38,944 bases of DNA from Solirubrobacteraceae bacterium (GTDB lineage Bacteria > Actinomycetota > Thermoleophilia > Solirubrobacterales > Solirubrobacteraceae): contig DATFDC010000489.1 of the NCBI GenBank assembly GCA_035252415.1, forward strand, positions 1-38,944. The letters run 5' to 3'. The translations under genes and the position numbers were made by a program. Below the pieces are notes generated by a model. That model did not search any database, was not told where the DNA came from, and worked only from the letters and a program-made list of their open reading frames with translations. This document shows positions 1 through 8,509 of the stretch, piece by piece (position 1 is the stretch's first letter; each line of letters starts with the position of its first letter).

Positions 1-201
1 CGCAGGCCGGCGTACGGGTCGAGGCCCTCAGTCGCTACGCGATCCAGGACCGTGGCGACCGCGGTCTGGTGATCGGCTACGGCCGGGTGCACGAGTCCGC
101 CATCGGCCGGGCGCTCGCCGCCCTGGCCGCCGCGATCGGGCCGGCGCTGGGTGAGCCTCGGCGGCGACCCTGACCGGATCGCCGCCGATGCACTGGAGTG
201 G

Positions 202-1014
202 CTACGGAGCGGGAAGTCCGGCCGCCTTGAGGGCCGGTCGGGCGCTCGCCACCGCACCCGCCGACGGCGCGTTCGGGGTCGCGCACTGTCCCAAAGACCG
301 TCCGTCGACCGTGTTCTCCAACCCGGCTCCGAGATCCGTGTACGGAGGCGGGTTGTTGCCATAGCAGGCGAAGTTCTGGTGGATGTGGTTGTAGAACACC
401 AGCATCTCGCTCTGGTTGTTGGTCAGCACGAGGTTCCCGTAGATCTCTTGCTGGTCGCCGTTCAATTGTGGCCCGGCGATGATCCACGTCGATGTGACCC
501 CGTCCTCACCCGGGCTCGTGCCGTTGATCAGCACGCTCCCGTAGATCGCGCTCGAGGCAATGGCGCCGCCGAAGACGCCGTCGTTCGAAACGATGTTGCC
601 CTTCACCGTCGCACTCTGGAGAGCCAGCGTGTCGTCGTGGTTGGCCAGGATGTTGTGCGCCGTGGCGGCGATCGTCAGCTCGGCCGCGCCGTTGCCCAGG
701 ATCGTGCCGTCGATCGTCCAGCTGTCGTTCTCATCCAGCCCGGCCAGGTTGTTCACCAGCACGTTCCCGTAAATCGTGCCGTTCTGGTCGAGCTCCAGAG
801 ACCCGGTGCTCTGCACGGTCGCGTTGCCCAGGATCGTCGCGTTCGACAGGAAACAGAACTGGCCCGACGGGACGGTCAGGCTCGAGTACGTTCCCCCGGA
901 CACGACACCGGTACAGCTCAGGCTCTGCGGACCGGCGGCCAGCGCCATGGACGGCAGCGCCAGCGATCCAACCACGCCCATCGCGGCAGCGACTGAGCGG
1001 AGACTGCGCATCAT
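202..1014 (-). CDS. Secreted hypothetical protein, possible beta-helix/beta-solenoid
   Basis: N-terminal signal peptide (MMRSLRSVAAAMGVVGSLALPSMALA); Asn/Gly/Thr-rich; recurring G-N/S/T-hydrophobic units (GNATV, GNVLV, GNIVS, GSVLI, GNLVL); GAAGGGAG RBS upstream. Confidence 0.75.
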   Translation of the reverse strand: MMRSLRSVAAAMGVVGSLALPSMALAAGPQSLSCTGVVSGGTYSSLTVPSGQFCFLSNATILGNATVQSTGSLELDQNGTIYGNVLVNNLAGLDENDSWTIDGTILGNGAAELTIAATAHNILANHDDTLALQSATVKGNIVSNDGVFGGAIASSAIYGSVLINGTSPGEDGVTSTWIIAGPQLNGDQQEIYGNLVLTNNQSEMLVFYNHIHQNFACYGNNPPPYTDLGAGLENTVDGRSLGQCATPNAPSAGAVASARPALKAAGLPAP

Positions 1015-1157
1015 TGGTCTCCCTTCAGTGGATATTCAGAGTTCCTGCCTGCCGCAGCCCCACGCGCCGCAGCGCGCGAAGGCTATCGCGAGCGTCAACG
1101 ACGGATGCCGGCGTAGTCATCAATCAGACCGGAGCCTTGATCGCGTAGGCTGCGGGC

Positions 1158-1832
1158 ATGGACGACCTGCTCGAGGCGCTGGCCCGCTACGACTCCCCCA
1201 CCCTCGCCAACGCGATCGAGACCTTCGACATCCAGCCGCGGGACGTAGGCTTCGCCGACAGCCGGATCCGATGCATGTTCCCCGAGCTCGGCCGCATGGT
1301 TGGCTACGCGGCGACCGCGACGATCGTGGCCCGGGGCGCACCTGGCGCGGATTGGACGGGCGCCGGGAACAACGCGCTGTACGCCCACGTTCGCACGGTG
1401 CCGGCGCCGCGGATCGTGGTGGTCAAGGATCTCGATGACCCGCCCGCGCACGGCTCGCTGTGGGGGGAGGTCCACGCGACGATCTTCGGGGCGCTCGGGT
1501 GCGTGGGCTGCGTCACCGACGGCTCGGTGCGCGACCTCGACGAGGCCCGCGGGATGGGCTTTCACTTCTTCGCCCGCGGGCCCTCGGTTTCACACGCGTA
1601 TGTGCGGGTCGAGACGATCGGCGAGCCGATCGAGATCGGCGGGCTCTCCGTCGCACCGGGTGACCTCCTGCACGCCGATCAGCACGGCGTGTTGAAGATC
1701 CCGCCTGAGATCGCCGCCGAGTTGCCGGCTGCGGCGGACCGCGTCATCGAGACCGAGCAGACTCTGCTCAAGTGGGTGCGCTCGGACGAGTTCGATCCCG
1801 ATCGCCTGGCTGAGATGCGCGCCCGGCACTGA
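1158..1832 (+). CDS. RraA family protein (HMG aldolase/demethylmenaquinone methyltransferase-like)
   Basis: Motifs DSPTLANAIE, WGEV, VTDGSVRD, GDLLHADQHGV; TAGGCT -10 just upstream suggests a leaderless start. Confidence 0.9.
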   Translation: MDDLLEALARYDSPTLANAIETFDIQPRDVGFADSRIRCMFPELGRMVGYAATATIVARGAPGADWTGAGNNALYAHVRTVPAPRIVVVKDLDDPPAHGSLWGEVHATIFGALGCVGCVTDGSVRDLDEARGMGFHFFARGPSVSHAYVRVETIGEPIEIGGLSVAPGDLLHADQHGVLKIPPEIAAELPAAADRVIETEQTLLKWVRSDEFDPDRLAEMRARH

Positions 1833-1837
1833 CGCTC

Positions 1838-2569
1838 ATGGGCGTGGCGCTCCCCGGGGAGTCATCTCAGTACCGGGTCGCGCGCGATCGGCTCCTGGAG
1901 GCAGAGATCGAGCTGCGCCGCGCAATGGAAGCGGTCGCCGCCGCCCGGCGCGACCTGCCACCCGGAGGGCCGCTGCCGCTCGACTACGTCTTCCAGGGCC
2001 CGGGTGCCGACGGCGCGCCAACCGATATCCGGCTGTCCGAGCTGTTCGAGCCTGGCAAGGCCTCGCTGGTGATCTACAGCTTCATGTTTCCGCGCGACCC
2101 CGACGACCAGACGCCGGGACCGGCCGGCGGCACGACCGCGAATCTCCCGCTCGCCGAAGGCCCGTGCCCATCGTGCACCGCGCTGCTCGACCAGCTCGAC
2201 GGAGCCGCCGAACACGTGAGCCAGCACCTCAATCTCGCGGTCGTCGCCAAGGCGCCGCTTCCGCGCGTTCTCGCATTTGCTCGCGAACGCGGGTGGCGCC
2301 GGCTGCGGCTCCTGTCCTCGGCCGGCACCACGTACAACGCGGACTACTTCGCCGAGACCGCCGACGGAGTACAGCGGCCGATGCTGACCGTGTTCCACCG
2401 CGACGGGGACGTGATCCGGCACTTCTGGAGCTCGGAGCTCCTATATGCGCCGATGGACGCGGGCCAGGAACCGCGCCACGTCGGCACGCTCGAGCCGCTC
2501 TGGAACCTGTTCGATCTGACCCCGGAGGGCCGACCAGTGGACTGGGTCGAGCAGTTCAGCTACGACTGA
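1838..2569 (+). CDS. DUF899 family thioredoxin-like protein
   Basis: ARDRLLEAEIELRR...ARRDLPPG, CPSC motif, RERGW, LWNLFDLTPEGR. Confidence 0.9.
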   Translation: MGVALPGESSQYRVARDRLLEAEIELRRAMEAVAAARRDLPPGGPLPLDYVFQGPGADGAPTDIRLSELFEPGKASLVIYSFMFPRDPDDQTPGPAGGTTANLPLAEGPCPSCTALLDQLDGAAEHVSQHLNLAVVAKAPLPRVLAFARERGWRRLRLLSSAGTTYNADYFAETADGVQRPMLTVFHRDGDVIRHFWSSELLYAPMDAGQEPRHVGTLEPLWNLFDLTPEGRPVDWVEQFSYD

Positions 2570-3111
2570 TCGGGCAGATCGGTTCGGGCTGCGTCGAGAT
2601 CCGCCCGCGTTCTAGCCCGTTGGGCCAACGCCACGCGCTCCTCGAACTCCCCGGCGGTCAGGCGACCGGCGAGCAGATGGCCCCGTAATTCCTCGACCGT
2701 CCCTTCTCGGTCAAGGTCCGCCACGAGTTCAGTTGGCAAGTACGGCGGTGGAGTCATCACTGCCACACGAGAGGCGACGATTGCTGCCGCTGACGCCGCG
2801 GCCGATCCCTGGATCGTGCCCATCAGCTCCCGATGCCTCAGTGCCTCCGCCTTGCGCTTCCGCGCGCCGCGGCGGAGCAGCCGATACGGGACGAGCCAGA
2901 GGCCCCAGATGAGGTACCAGACGGTGACGAAGATCCACACCATCAGGATCAACAGGATGGCCAGCGTCGTAATTGCCGCCAGCGCGCCACCGCCTTCCGC
3001 GCGGCGTCGGAGGCGGAAGATTCGCTGCGCCGAGCCCGCGTAGCTCATCGGCGCATTGATGATCACGTCCTCGCTGGCGAGACGAACCGGCGGTCTTGGC
3101 GATGTGCTCAT
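2560..3111 (-). CDS. Membrane protein with C-terminal DUF1707 (SHOCT-like) domain
   Basis: Hydrophobic TM segment, then ADLDREGTVEELRGHLLAGRLTAGEFEERVALAQRARTRADL. Confidence 0.75.
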   Translation of the reverse strand: MSTSPRPPVRLASEDVIINAPMSYAGSAQRIFRLRRRAEGGGALAAITTLAILLILMVWIFVTVWYLIWGLWLVPYRLLRRGARKRKAEALRHRELMGTIQGSAAASAAAIVASRVAVMTPPPYLPTELVADLDREGTVEELRGHLLAGRLTAGEFEERVALAQRARTRADLDAARTDLPDQS

Positions 3112-3114
3112 CCT

Positions 3115-3489
3115 CTACTCGACCAACGTGCGTCCCCGCCGATCGCTTTCGGACGTCGGCACGCCGCCGAAGCCTACCTCGTTGCCATCGGGATCGCGGT
3201 AGACCACCTTGCGCATCCCGCCCGAATATGTGAACGATTCGTCGGGTTTGAGCCCGCGGGCGGCGATCCCTGCCACCCACGTGTCGAGATCGTCGACGAG
3301 CACGGTTACCACGGAGTTCCCCGCGCCCTCCAGATGCTCGACGACGTAGATCGAGCGGTCCTCGGCAACCGTCCACACCGCCTCGGTGGCGTGGGGAAAG
3401 AACGTCGGATCGCCGAGGAGCCGCTCGTACCACGCTCGCGCGGCTTGGAAGTCGCGCACGCGGACGCCCGCGAACAGATGCAGCGACAT
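3115..3489 (-). CDS. VOC/glyoxalase family protein
   Basis: VRDFQAARAWYERLLG and YRDPDGNEVGF motifs. Confidence 0.9.
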   Translation of the reverse strand: MSLHLFAGVRVRDFQAARAWYERLLGDPTFFPHATEAVWTVAEDRSIYVVEHLEGAGNSVVTVLVDDLDTWVAGIAARGLKPDESFTYSGGMRKVVYRDPDGNEVGFGGVPTSESDRRGRTLVE

Positions 3490-3499
3490 CGCTGCGAGT

Positions 3500-4372
3500 C
3501 TAGGGCGCGTCGAGCACGGCCCGGAGCTTTCGGCCGAAGTTCTCCGGCTGACCGGCGTAGGGAGAGTCGCCGCCGACGAACCCGCCGTGATGGCTCGGGA
3601 ACACCGTCGCCGCCTGCCCGAGCAGATCGGCCGTGGCCAGCGAGGTGCGCCCGGTGAACGTGCCCTCGGATTCCTCGCCCACCGCGATGACCACGCGAGT
3701 GGGCGCCGCGATCAGGGCGTCGATGTCCGGGCGGTAGCTGCTGATCGCCGAGGACCGGTCGGACAGGAGCGGATCGTCGCGGGAGCCGTCGTCTTCGGCG
3801 GACATGCCGAATGCGGCGGGATCCGGCGCGGGCTGGGCGTTGTACGCATCGTCGAACTCTCCGCGCCATGACGCCAGGCGCATGAACGCCGCCATGCCCG
3901 AACCCGACCCACCCGCCTCGTACGCCTCGCGAACCCCGGCCCAGGCCCGCTCGGCTGCCGCGGCGTCGGGAAGCACGGGGATCAGCGGCGGTTCGTGGGC
4001 GACCAGGGTGATCACATCGTCGGGGTAGGCAGCCACGAGCGCCAGCGCGGTCACCGCTCCCCCGCTGCTCGCGAACATCTCGACCGGACCGGCGCCGAGC
4101 GCCTCGATCAGCGCGTGTACGTCACTCGCCTGGACCGTTGGTGAATTGTCGACCCGGCCATCGTTGCGCGTGCTCCGGCCCAGGCCGCGCGGGTCATAGG
4201 TGACCGCGGTGCGCTCGGTGAACTGCGCCGCCAAGGCGGTGAACCCGTCGGCGGTCATCGGCTGTCCGATCATGAACAGCAGTGGGCGTCCGTCGGCGGT
4301 CGGCAGCGGCCCGTGGAGGTCATAGGCGATGTCGGCCTCGGCGGTTTGGAGGATGTGGGTTGTCGTGGTCAT
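3500..4372 (-). CDS. Alpha/beta fold hydrolase
   Basis: TYDPRGLGRS, nucleophile elbow FASSGGA, AHEPP, FPSHHGGF; start placed at the ATG just after the ECF-type promoter. Confidence 0.9.
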   Translation of the reverse strand: MTTTTHILQTAEADIAYDLHGPLPTADGRPLLFMIGQPMTADGFTALAAQFTERTAVTYDPRGLGRSTRNDGRVDNSPTVQASDVHALIEALGAGPVEMFASSGGAVTALALVAAYPDDVITLVAHEPPLIPVLPDAAAAERAWAGVREAYEAGGSGSGMAAFMRLASWRGEFDDAYNAQPAPDPAAFGMSAEDDGSRDDPLLSDRSSAISSYRPDIDALIAAPTRVVIAVGEESEGTFTGRTSLATADLLGQAATVFPSHHGGFVGGDSPYAGQPENFGRKLRAVLDAP

Positions 4373-4377
4373 GACGC

Positions 4378-4408
4378 TGTTGACTTCTCCGAGGCCCAAT
4401 TCTCATCG
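4378..4408 (-). promoter_or_regulatory. SigG/ECF56-type promoter for the hydrolase gene (VOC gene follows)
   Basis: Minus strand reads CGATGA-N18-GTCAACA, resembling the mycobacterial SigG consensus CGATGA-N18-GTCNNTA; ATG 5 nt downstream (leaderless). Confidence 0.6.
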
Positions 4409-4410
4409 GT

Positions 4411-4437
4411 TGTCACGCGAATGCGCCCGCCGGTGTC
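4411..4437 (+). promoter_or_regulatory. ECF41 (SigJ-type) promoter for CMD-sigJ
   Basis: TGTCACG-N16-TGTC versus ECF41 consensus TGTCACA-N16-CGTC; directly upstream of a CMD plus ECF41 pair, the canonical context. Confidence 0.7.
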
Positions 4438-4476
4438 TTCATGCCGAAACCGGCCACGGCAACAAGGGAGAACACC

Positions 4477-5055
4477 ATGGCGTTACGCGTTCCCAAGGCG
4501 GAGCTTACGACCGAACTCAGCGGACACATGATCGAGCAGCTCGGTGCAGTTCCAGAGCCGGTGGAGGTGATGTGGCACAACCCGAAGGTCGCCCGGGCCG
4601 CCCTGGACATCGGCGCCCAGGCGGGCGAATGGGATGCGGTGGACGAGAACCTGAAGTCGTTCGCGCACATGGCCGTCGCGGCGCAGGTTGGTTGCAGCTG
4701 GTGCCTCGACATCTGCTACTTCCAGGCGCAGAACCAGAACCTAGACATGGACAAGGCGAGCCAGGTGACGCGCTGGCGCGAATCGGATGCGTTCACGCCG
4801 CTCGAGCGGGACACGCTCGAGTACGCCGAGGCGATGACCAATACACCGCCGACCGTCAACGACGAGTTGTCCGCGCGGCTGCTCGACAGGCTCGGTCCGG
4901 CCGGGATGGTCGAGCTGACCGTGTTCATCGCGTTCTCGAACTTCGCCACCCGGAGTAATACGGCGCTGGGAATCGAGTCGCAGGGCTTCTCTGCGGCCTG
5001 CGACATTCCGCTTCCCGCGCGCGCGGCGCTTCAGGCGCTAGCGTCGAGGCCATGA
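4477..5055 (+). CDS. Carboxymuconolactone decarboxylase (CMD/AhpD-like) family protein
   Basis: AAQVGCSWCLD CxxC motif; AAGGGAG RBS before ATG 4477; ATGA overlap with the sigma gene. Confidence 0.9.
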   Translation: MALRVPKAELTTELSGHMIEQLGAVPEPVEVMWHNPKVARAALDIGAQAGEWDAVDENLKSFAHMAVAAQVGCSWCLDICYFQAQNQNLDMDKASQVTRWRESDAFTPLERDTLEYAEAMTNTPPTVNDELSARLLDRLGPAGMVELTVFIAFSNFATRSNTALGIESQGFSAACDIPLPARAALQALASRP

Positions 5056-5945
5056 CCGTCGAGGCCACGAGCGACGACCCGTTCGTCGAGCATCGCGGCC
5101 TGCTGTTCACGGTCGCCTACCAGATGCTCGGTTCGGCGGCCGACGCCGAGGACGTCGTGCAGGAGACCTGGCTGCGATGGACCGATCTCGGTGGTGCCGG
5201 CCGCGACCAGGTACGCGATCCCCGCGCCTACCTGGGCCGGGTCGTCACCCGGCAGGCACTCAACCGGCTGCGCACGCTGTCCAGGCGGCGCGAGGACTAC
5301 GTCGGGGAGTGGCTGCCCGAGCCGCTGCTGACCAGCCCCGACGTCGCCGAGGACGTCGAGCTCGCCGAGAGCGTCTCCATCGCCATGCTCACGGTGCTCG
5401 AGACGCTCGGACCGACCGAGCGTGCGGTGTTCGTGCTGCGCGAGGTCTTCGACGTGCCGTACGACGAGATCGCCGAGTCCGTGGACAAGTCCCCTGAGGC
5501 GGTCAGGCAGATCGCGCACCGAGCTCGGCAGCACGTGTCCGCTCGTCGCCCCCGGACCCCGGTGAGCCGCACCGAGCAGCAGCAGGTGGTTGAGCGGTTC
5601 CTGGCTGCGGTCAACAGCGGTGATTTGCAGGGGCTCATGGACGTGCTCGCCCCGGACGTCGTCGCGGTCGCGGACGGCGGAGGCCTGGCGCAGGCGATCC
5701 GGCACCCCGTCCAAGGCGTCGAGCGAGTGGCGGCGTTCCTGTCCCACATCCCGAAACGCGCACCTGGCGTCAAACTCGCCACGCTCCTGGTCAATGGATC
5801 GGTCGCGGTCCGGATCGACCCGGACGGCGAATTCGACACCGTGCTCACGTTCGCACTCGAGGACCGGCGCATCTCCCGCATCTATGCGATGCGCAATCCG
5901 CACAAGCTGGGACGCCTGCAACAGGTGGCCGACCTGCGGCGCTGA
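5052..5945 (+). CDS. sigJ: ECF41 RNA polymerase sigma factor SigJ with C-terminal SnoaL-like extension
   Basis: AYQMLGSAADAEDVVQE, WLPEP, DGGG and RNPHKL signature motifs. Confidence 0.92.
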   Translation: MTVEATSDDPFVEHRGLLFTVAYQMLGSAADAEDVVQETWLRWTDLGGAGRDQVRDPRAYLGRVVTRQALNRLRTLSRRREDYVGEWLPEPLLTSPDVAEDVELAESVSIAMLTVLETLGPTERAVFVLREVFDVPYDEIAESVDKSPEAVRQIAHRARQHVSARRPRTPVSRTEQQQVVERFLAAVNSGDLQGLMDVLAPDVVAVADGGGLAQAIRHPVQGVERVAAFLSHIPKRAPGVKLATLLVNGSVAVRIDPDGEFDTVLTFALEDRRISRIYAMRNPHKLGRLQQVADLRR

Positions 5946-5970
5946 TGGCCACTGGCGTAGAGTCCGCCGC

Positions 5971-6270
5971 GTGCCCACCTTCGTCCTGCGTCTCATCGCC
6001 CCGCGCCCGAACTTCGCCCAGACCCTGACCGACGACGAGCGCGCAATCATGGGACAGCACGCGGCCCACTGGCGGCCCTACCTCGAACGCGGCGACATGG
6101 TCGTGTTCGGACCCGTGCTCACCGACGATGACTCGTTCGGGCTCGCCGTAGTCGACACCGACGACGAGCCGGCCCTCCGCGAGTTCGCCGCCCAGGACCC
6201 GGTCGTGACGAGCGGAACCGCGGCCTTCGAGTTCGGGCGGCTCGCCGCCGGGCACGTTCGCGACCGCTGA
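5971..6270 (+). CDS. YciI family protein
   Basis: RPNFAQTLTDDERAIMGQHAAHW, VFGPV, DPVV; GTG at 5971 preceded by TAGAGT -10. Confidence 0.85.
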   Translation: MPTFVLRLIAPRPNFAQTLTDDERAIMGQHAAHWRPYLERGDMVVFGPVLTDDDSFGLAVVDTDDEPALREFAAQDPVVTSGTAAFEFGRLAAGHVRDR

Positions 6271-6272
6271 CG

Positions 6273-6296
6273 GTTCCGTCCGCCGTGGGCGGGTAA
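6273..6296 (+). promoter_or_regulatory. SigB/SigF-like stress promoter
   Basis: GTTC-N14-GGGTAA, 9 nt before the ATG at 6306. Confidence 0.5.
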
Positions 6297-6305
6297 CGGG
6301 TTGGC

Positions 6306-6455
6306 ATGAGCGAACAGCGTCGAGAGCCCGAGCAAGAGGCCGAGGAGCACGCCGAATCCAAGAGCGAGGACGAGCGTCGCCTCGAAGAGGAGTGGTCGCA
6401 GGGCGGCCAGGACGTCGAGGAAGAACAACACGACGAACCGGCACGGGACGGCTGA
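6306..6455 (+). CDS. Small acidic hydrophilic protein (49 aa), below the ORF-track size range
   Basis: MSEQRREPEQEAEEHAESKSEDERRLEEEWSQGGQDVEEEQHDEPARDG; flanked by a candidate promoter and a strong hairpin. Confidence 0.6.
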   Translation: MSEQRREPEQEAEEHAESKSEDERRLEEEWSQGGQDVEEEQHDEPARDG

Positions 6456-6473
6456 ACCTCCGCCACAACGGGC

Positions 6474-6507
6474 GACGCCCACGCCGGTGACCGGCGTGGG
6501 CGTCTTT
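6474..6507. terminator. Hairpin between convergent genes, probable bidirectional terminator
   Basis: GACGCCCACGCCGG-TGA-CCGGCGTGGGCGTC (14-bp stem) followed by TTT. Confidence 0.75.
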
Positions 6508-6548
6508 CGCGGAGTCCTGGCAATCGCCAGGAGTTCCCAGGACGGCGG

Positions 6549-7151
6549 TCAGGAGGAAGCCGGGACCGCCTTGGCCTTACGGACGAGGATTTGCTCCTCG
6601 ACCGACGTGCGACGTGCGTGCCAGAAGCCGAGTCCGACCAGCACCGACATGACCGCCGCCAGGGCGAACGAGACGATCGCGCCCCACAGCATGATCACGC
6701 CGATGGTCGAGAACGCGTAGGCCTCGAGCAGCAGCCCACGGAGCGTGGTGCCCTGGAATGAGGTCGCCTTCAGCGCCGCCAGCTTTGGGTCGTTCGGGTT
6801 GGCCAGCGCCGCGGCGCTGATCTTCGAGTACACGCCGCCATACGGCATCTCCGACAGGTGCACCGCGATGAAGTTGTTCGCGTACACCTTGGCCTGCTCA
6901 CCGGTCAGCAGTTGCTGTCCGGCGAACTGCGAGACCGGACCGATCATCGAGGGCGTGATCTCGCTGCCGGCCTTCGGGTGATCGAACGCCGCCTTGGGCG
7001 GGAAGTAAATCTGCTGCTGAGCGAGCTGGCTGTGCACGTTTGAGTTCACGAAGCTGTGACCCCAGGTCAACAACCCGCCGGCGACCAGCAACGCAACGAC
7101 GATGGCAACACCGCCGGCGCTGGTGAGAATGTCAAACACTTTGCGTGACAT
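6549..7151 (-). CDS. Conserved actinobacterial two-TM hypothetical membrane protein
   Basis: N- and C-terminal TM helices; QLAQQQIYFP, YANNFIAVHL, FQGTTLRGLLL; GAGGAGG RBS. Confidence 0.8.
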   Translation of the reverse strand: MSRKVFDILTSAGGVAIVVALLVAGGLLTWGHSFVNSNVHSQLAQQQIYFPPKAAFDHPKAGSEITPSMIGPVSQFAGQQLLTGEQAKVYANNFIAVHLSEMPYGGVYSKISAAALANPNDPKLAALKATSFQGTTLRGLLLEAYAFSTIGVIMLWGAIVSFALAAVMSVLVGLGFWHARRTSVEEQILVRKAKAVPASS

Positions 7152-7279
7152 GGTCTTCCTCCTCTGACCGATGAAATCCTTGATCTGTGACTGGTTCCAT
7201 CATGGACCGGTCAGGGGGCTGCTGGATCGGCGTCGGGCCGCACGATGCAATGGGTGAACTACTGACCGCGGATCCGCAG

Positions 7280-8443
7280 TCACGCGCCCCGCGCCATGCG
7301 GCTCTCGACGACCGGCGCGAGCGTCTCCAGGTACGGCGTGAGATAGCGGGCGAAGATCTTTGGCGCGCCCGCCTCCACGTGCTCGAGCGTCGCGCCGGTT
7401 GGCCGCCCCCACGCGTCGAGCTCGGTGCGCAGGACGATCGGCTTCGCTCCGCCGAGAAGCTGTGCGCGCAGGACATGGCGTGCCCGGAATTCCTTGACCG
7501 GGACGCCGAGGCCGGCGGCGATCGTGTGCGCGATGCGGTCCGCCTGCTGCGCGGCGAGCCCAGCCTGCTTGACCGGGAAGGTCGTCATGTCCCCCGCGGC
7601 ATAGACCCCGTCGAGGCCCTCAACCCGACCTTCCGCGTCGGTGGGCACGAACCCCCACCATCGGGCCGGGACGCCGGTGATCCGACGACCGCGCAGCTCA
7701 GGCGCGGACACCACGCGATCGGCGCTCACGGCGCCGTCGGACTGAAGCATCAGGGCGCCGTCGCGCCGCACGCCGGTGGCCGCGGCTGCGCCGATGAACC
7801 GCACGCCGCGCTCGTCGAGCAGTTCCTTGACCAGATATGACGCGGAGGTGCCGAACAGCGCCAGCGGCTCACGCTCGGAGCTCACCAGCGACACTTCCAG
7901 CTCGGCACCGAGTTCGTGCGCCCGGGCCGAGCAGAGCAGAGCAAGCTCGTACATCGGCAAAGGCCACGAGCATCCGGACGGAACCGCGAACACGACGCGC
8001 CGTACCGCGCCGGTGGCGATCTCGCTCAGGAGCCGTCTGAGAAGATGCGCGTCTCGCTGGTCGCGAAACGTCGGGGCACCCGGGATCCCGGACGTCGCAC
8101 GGGCGCCCGTGGCGAGGATCAACGCGTCGTAGTCAAGGTGAGCGCCCGAGTCCGTGCGTACCGATCGCTGCTCGGGCGCGACCGCCTCGATCCGGCCCGG
8201 TCGGAACTGGGCGCCGAGATCGGCGGCGATCGCGTGCAGGTCGTACTTGAGTGGATGGCCGTCGAGAAACGGCTCGAGCGTCGCCGCGGGGCGGTAGTCG
8301 AGCACCGGCTTGGGCGAGATCAGTGTCAGCCTTACCCGGCCGGCAGCCAGCGCGCGCAGAGCGAGCGCGGCCTCGACGGCGGCAAACCCGCCACCGGCGA
8401 TCAGAACCCGCGCCGGCGACCGTGGTGCGAGGTGGGTTTCCAT
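7280..8443 (-). CDS. SQR-fold NAD(P)/FAD-dependent oxidoreductase, paralog 1
   Basis: VLIAGGGFAA FAD-binding motif, WPLPMYELAL, VYAAGD...FPVKQAGLAAQQAD, KIFARYLTPYL. Confidence 0.85.
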   Translation of the reverse strand: METHLAPRSPARVLIAGGGFAAVEAALALRALAAGRVRLTLISPKPVLDYRPAATLEPFLDGHPLKYDLHAIAADLGAQFRPGRIEAVAPEQRSVRTDSGAHLDYDALILATGARATSGIPGAPTFRDQRDAHLLRRLLSEIATGAVRRVVFAVPSGCSWPLPMYELALLCSARAHELGAELEVSLVSSEREPLALFGTSASYLVKELLDERGVRFIGAAAATGVRRDGALMLQSDGAVSADRVVSAPELRGRRITGVPARWWGFVPTDAEGRVEGLDGVYAAGDMTTFPVKQAGLAAQQADRIAHTIAAGLGVPVKEFRARHVLRAQLLGGAKPIVLRTELDAWGRPTGATLEHVEAGAPKIFARYLTPYLETLAPVVESRMARGA

Positions 8444-8509
8444 CGTCCGAAGAATCGGACGTTCCTGGGGCTCCCGCATCCGGAACGCGCGGCGACCTAC
8501 CGGGGGAAA

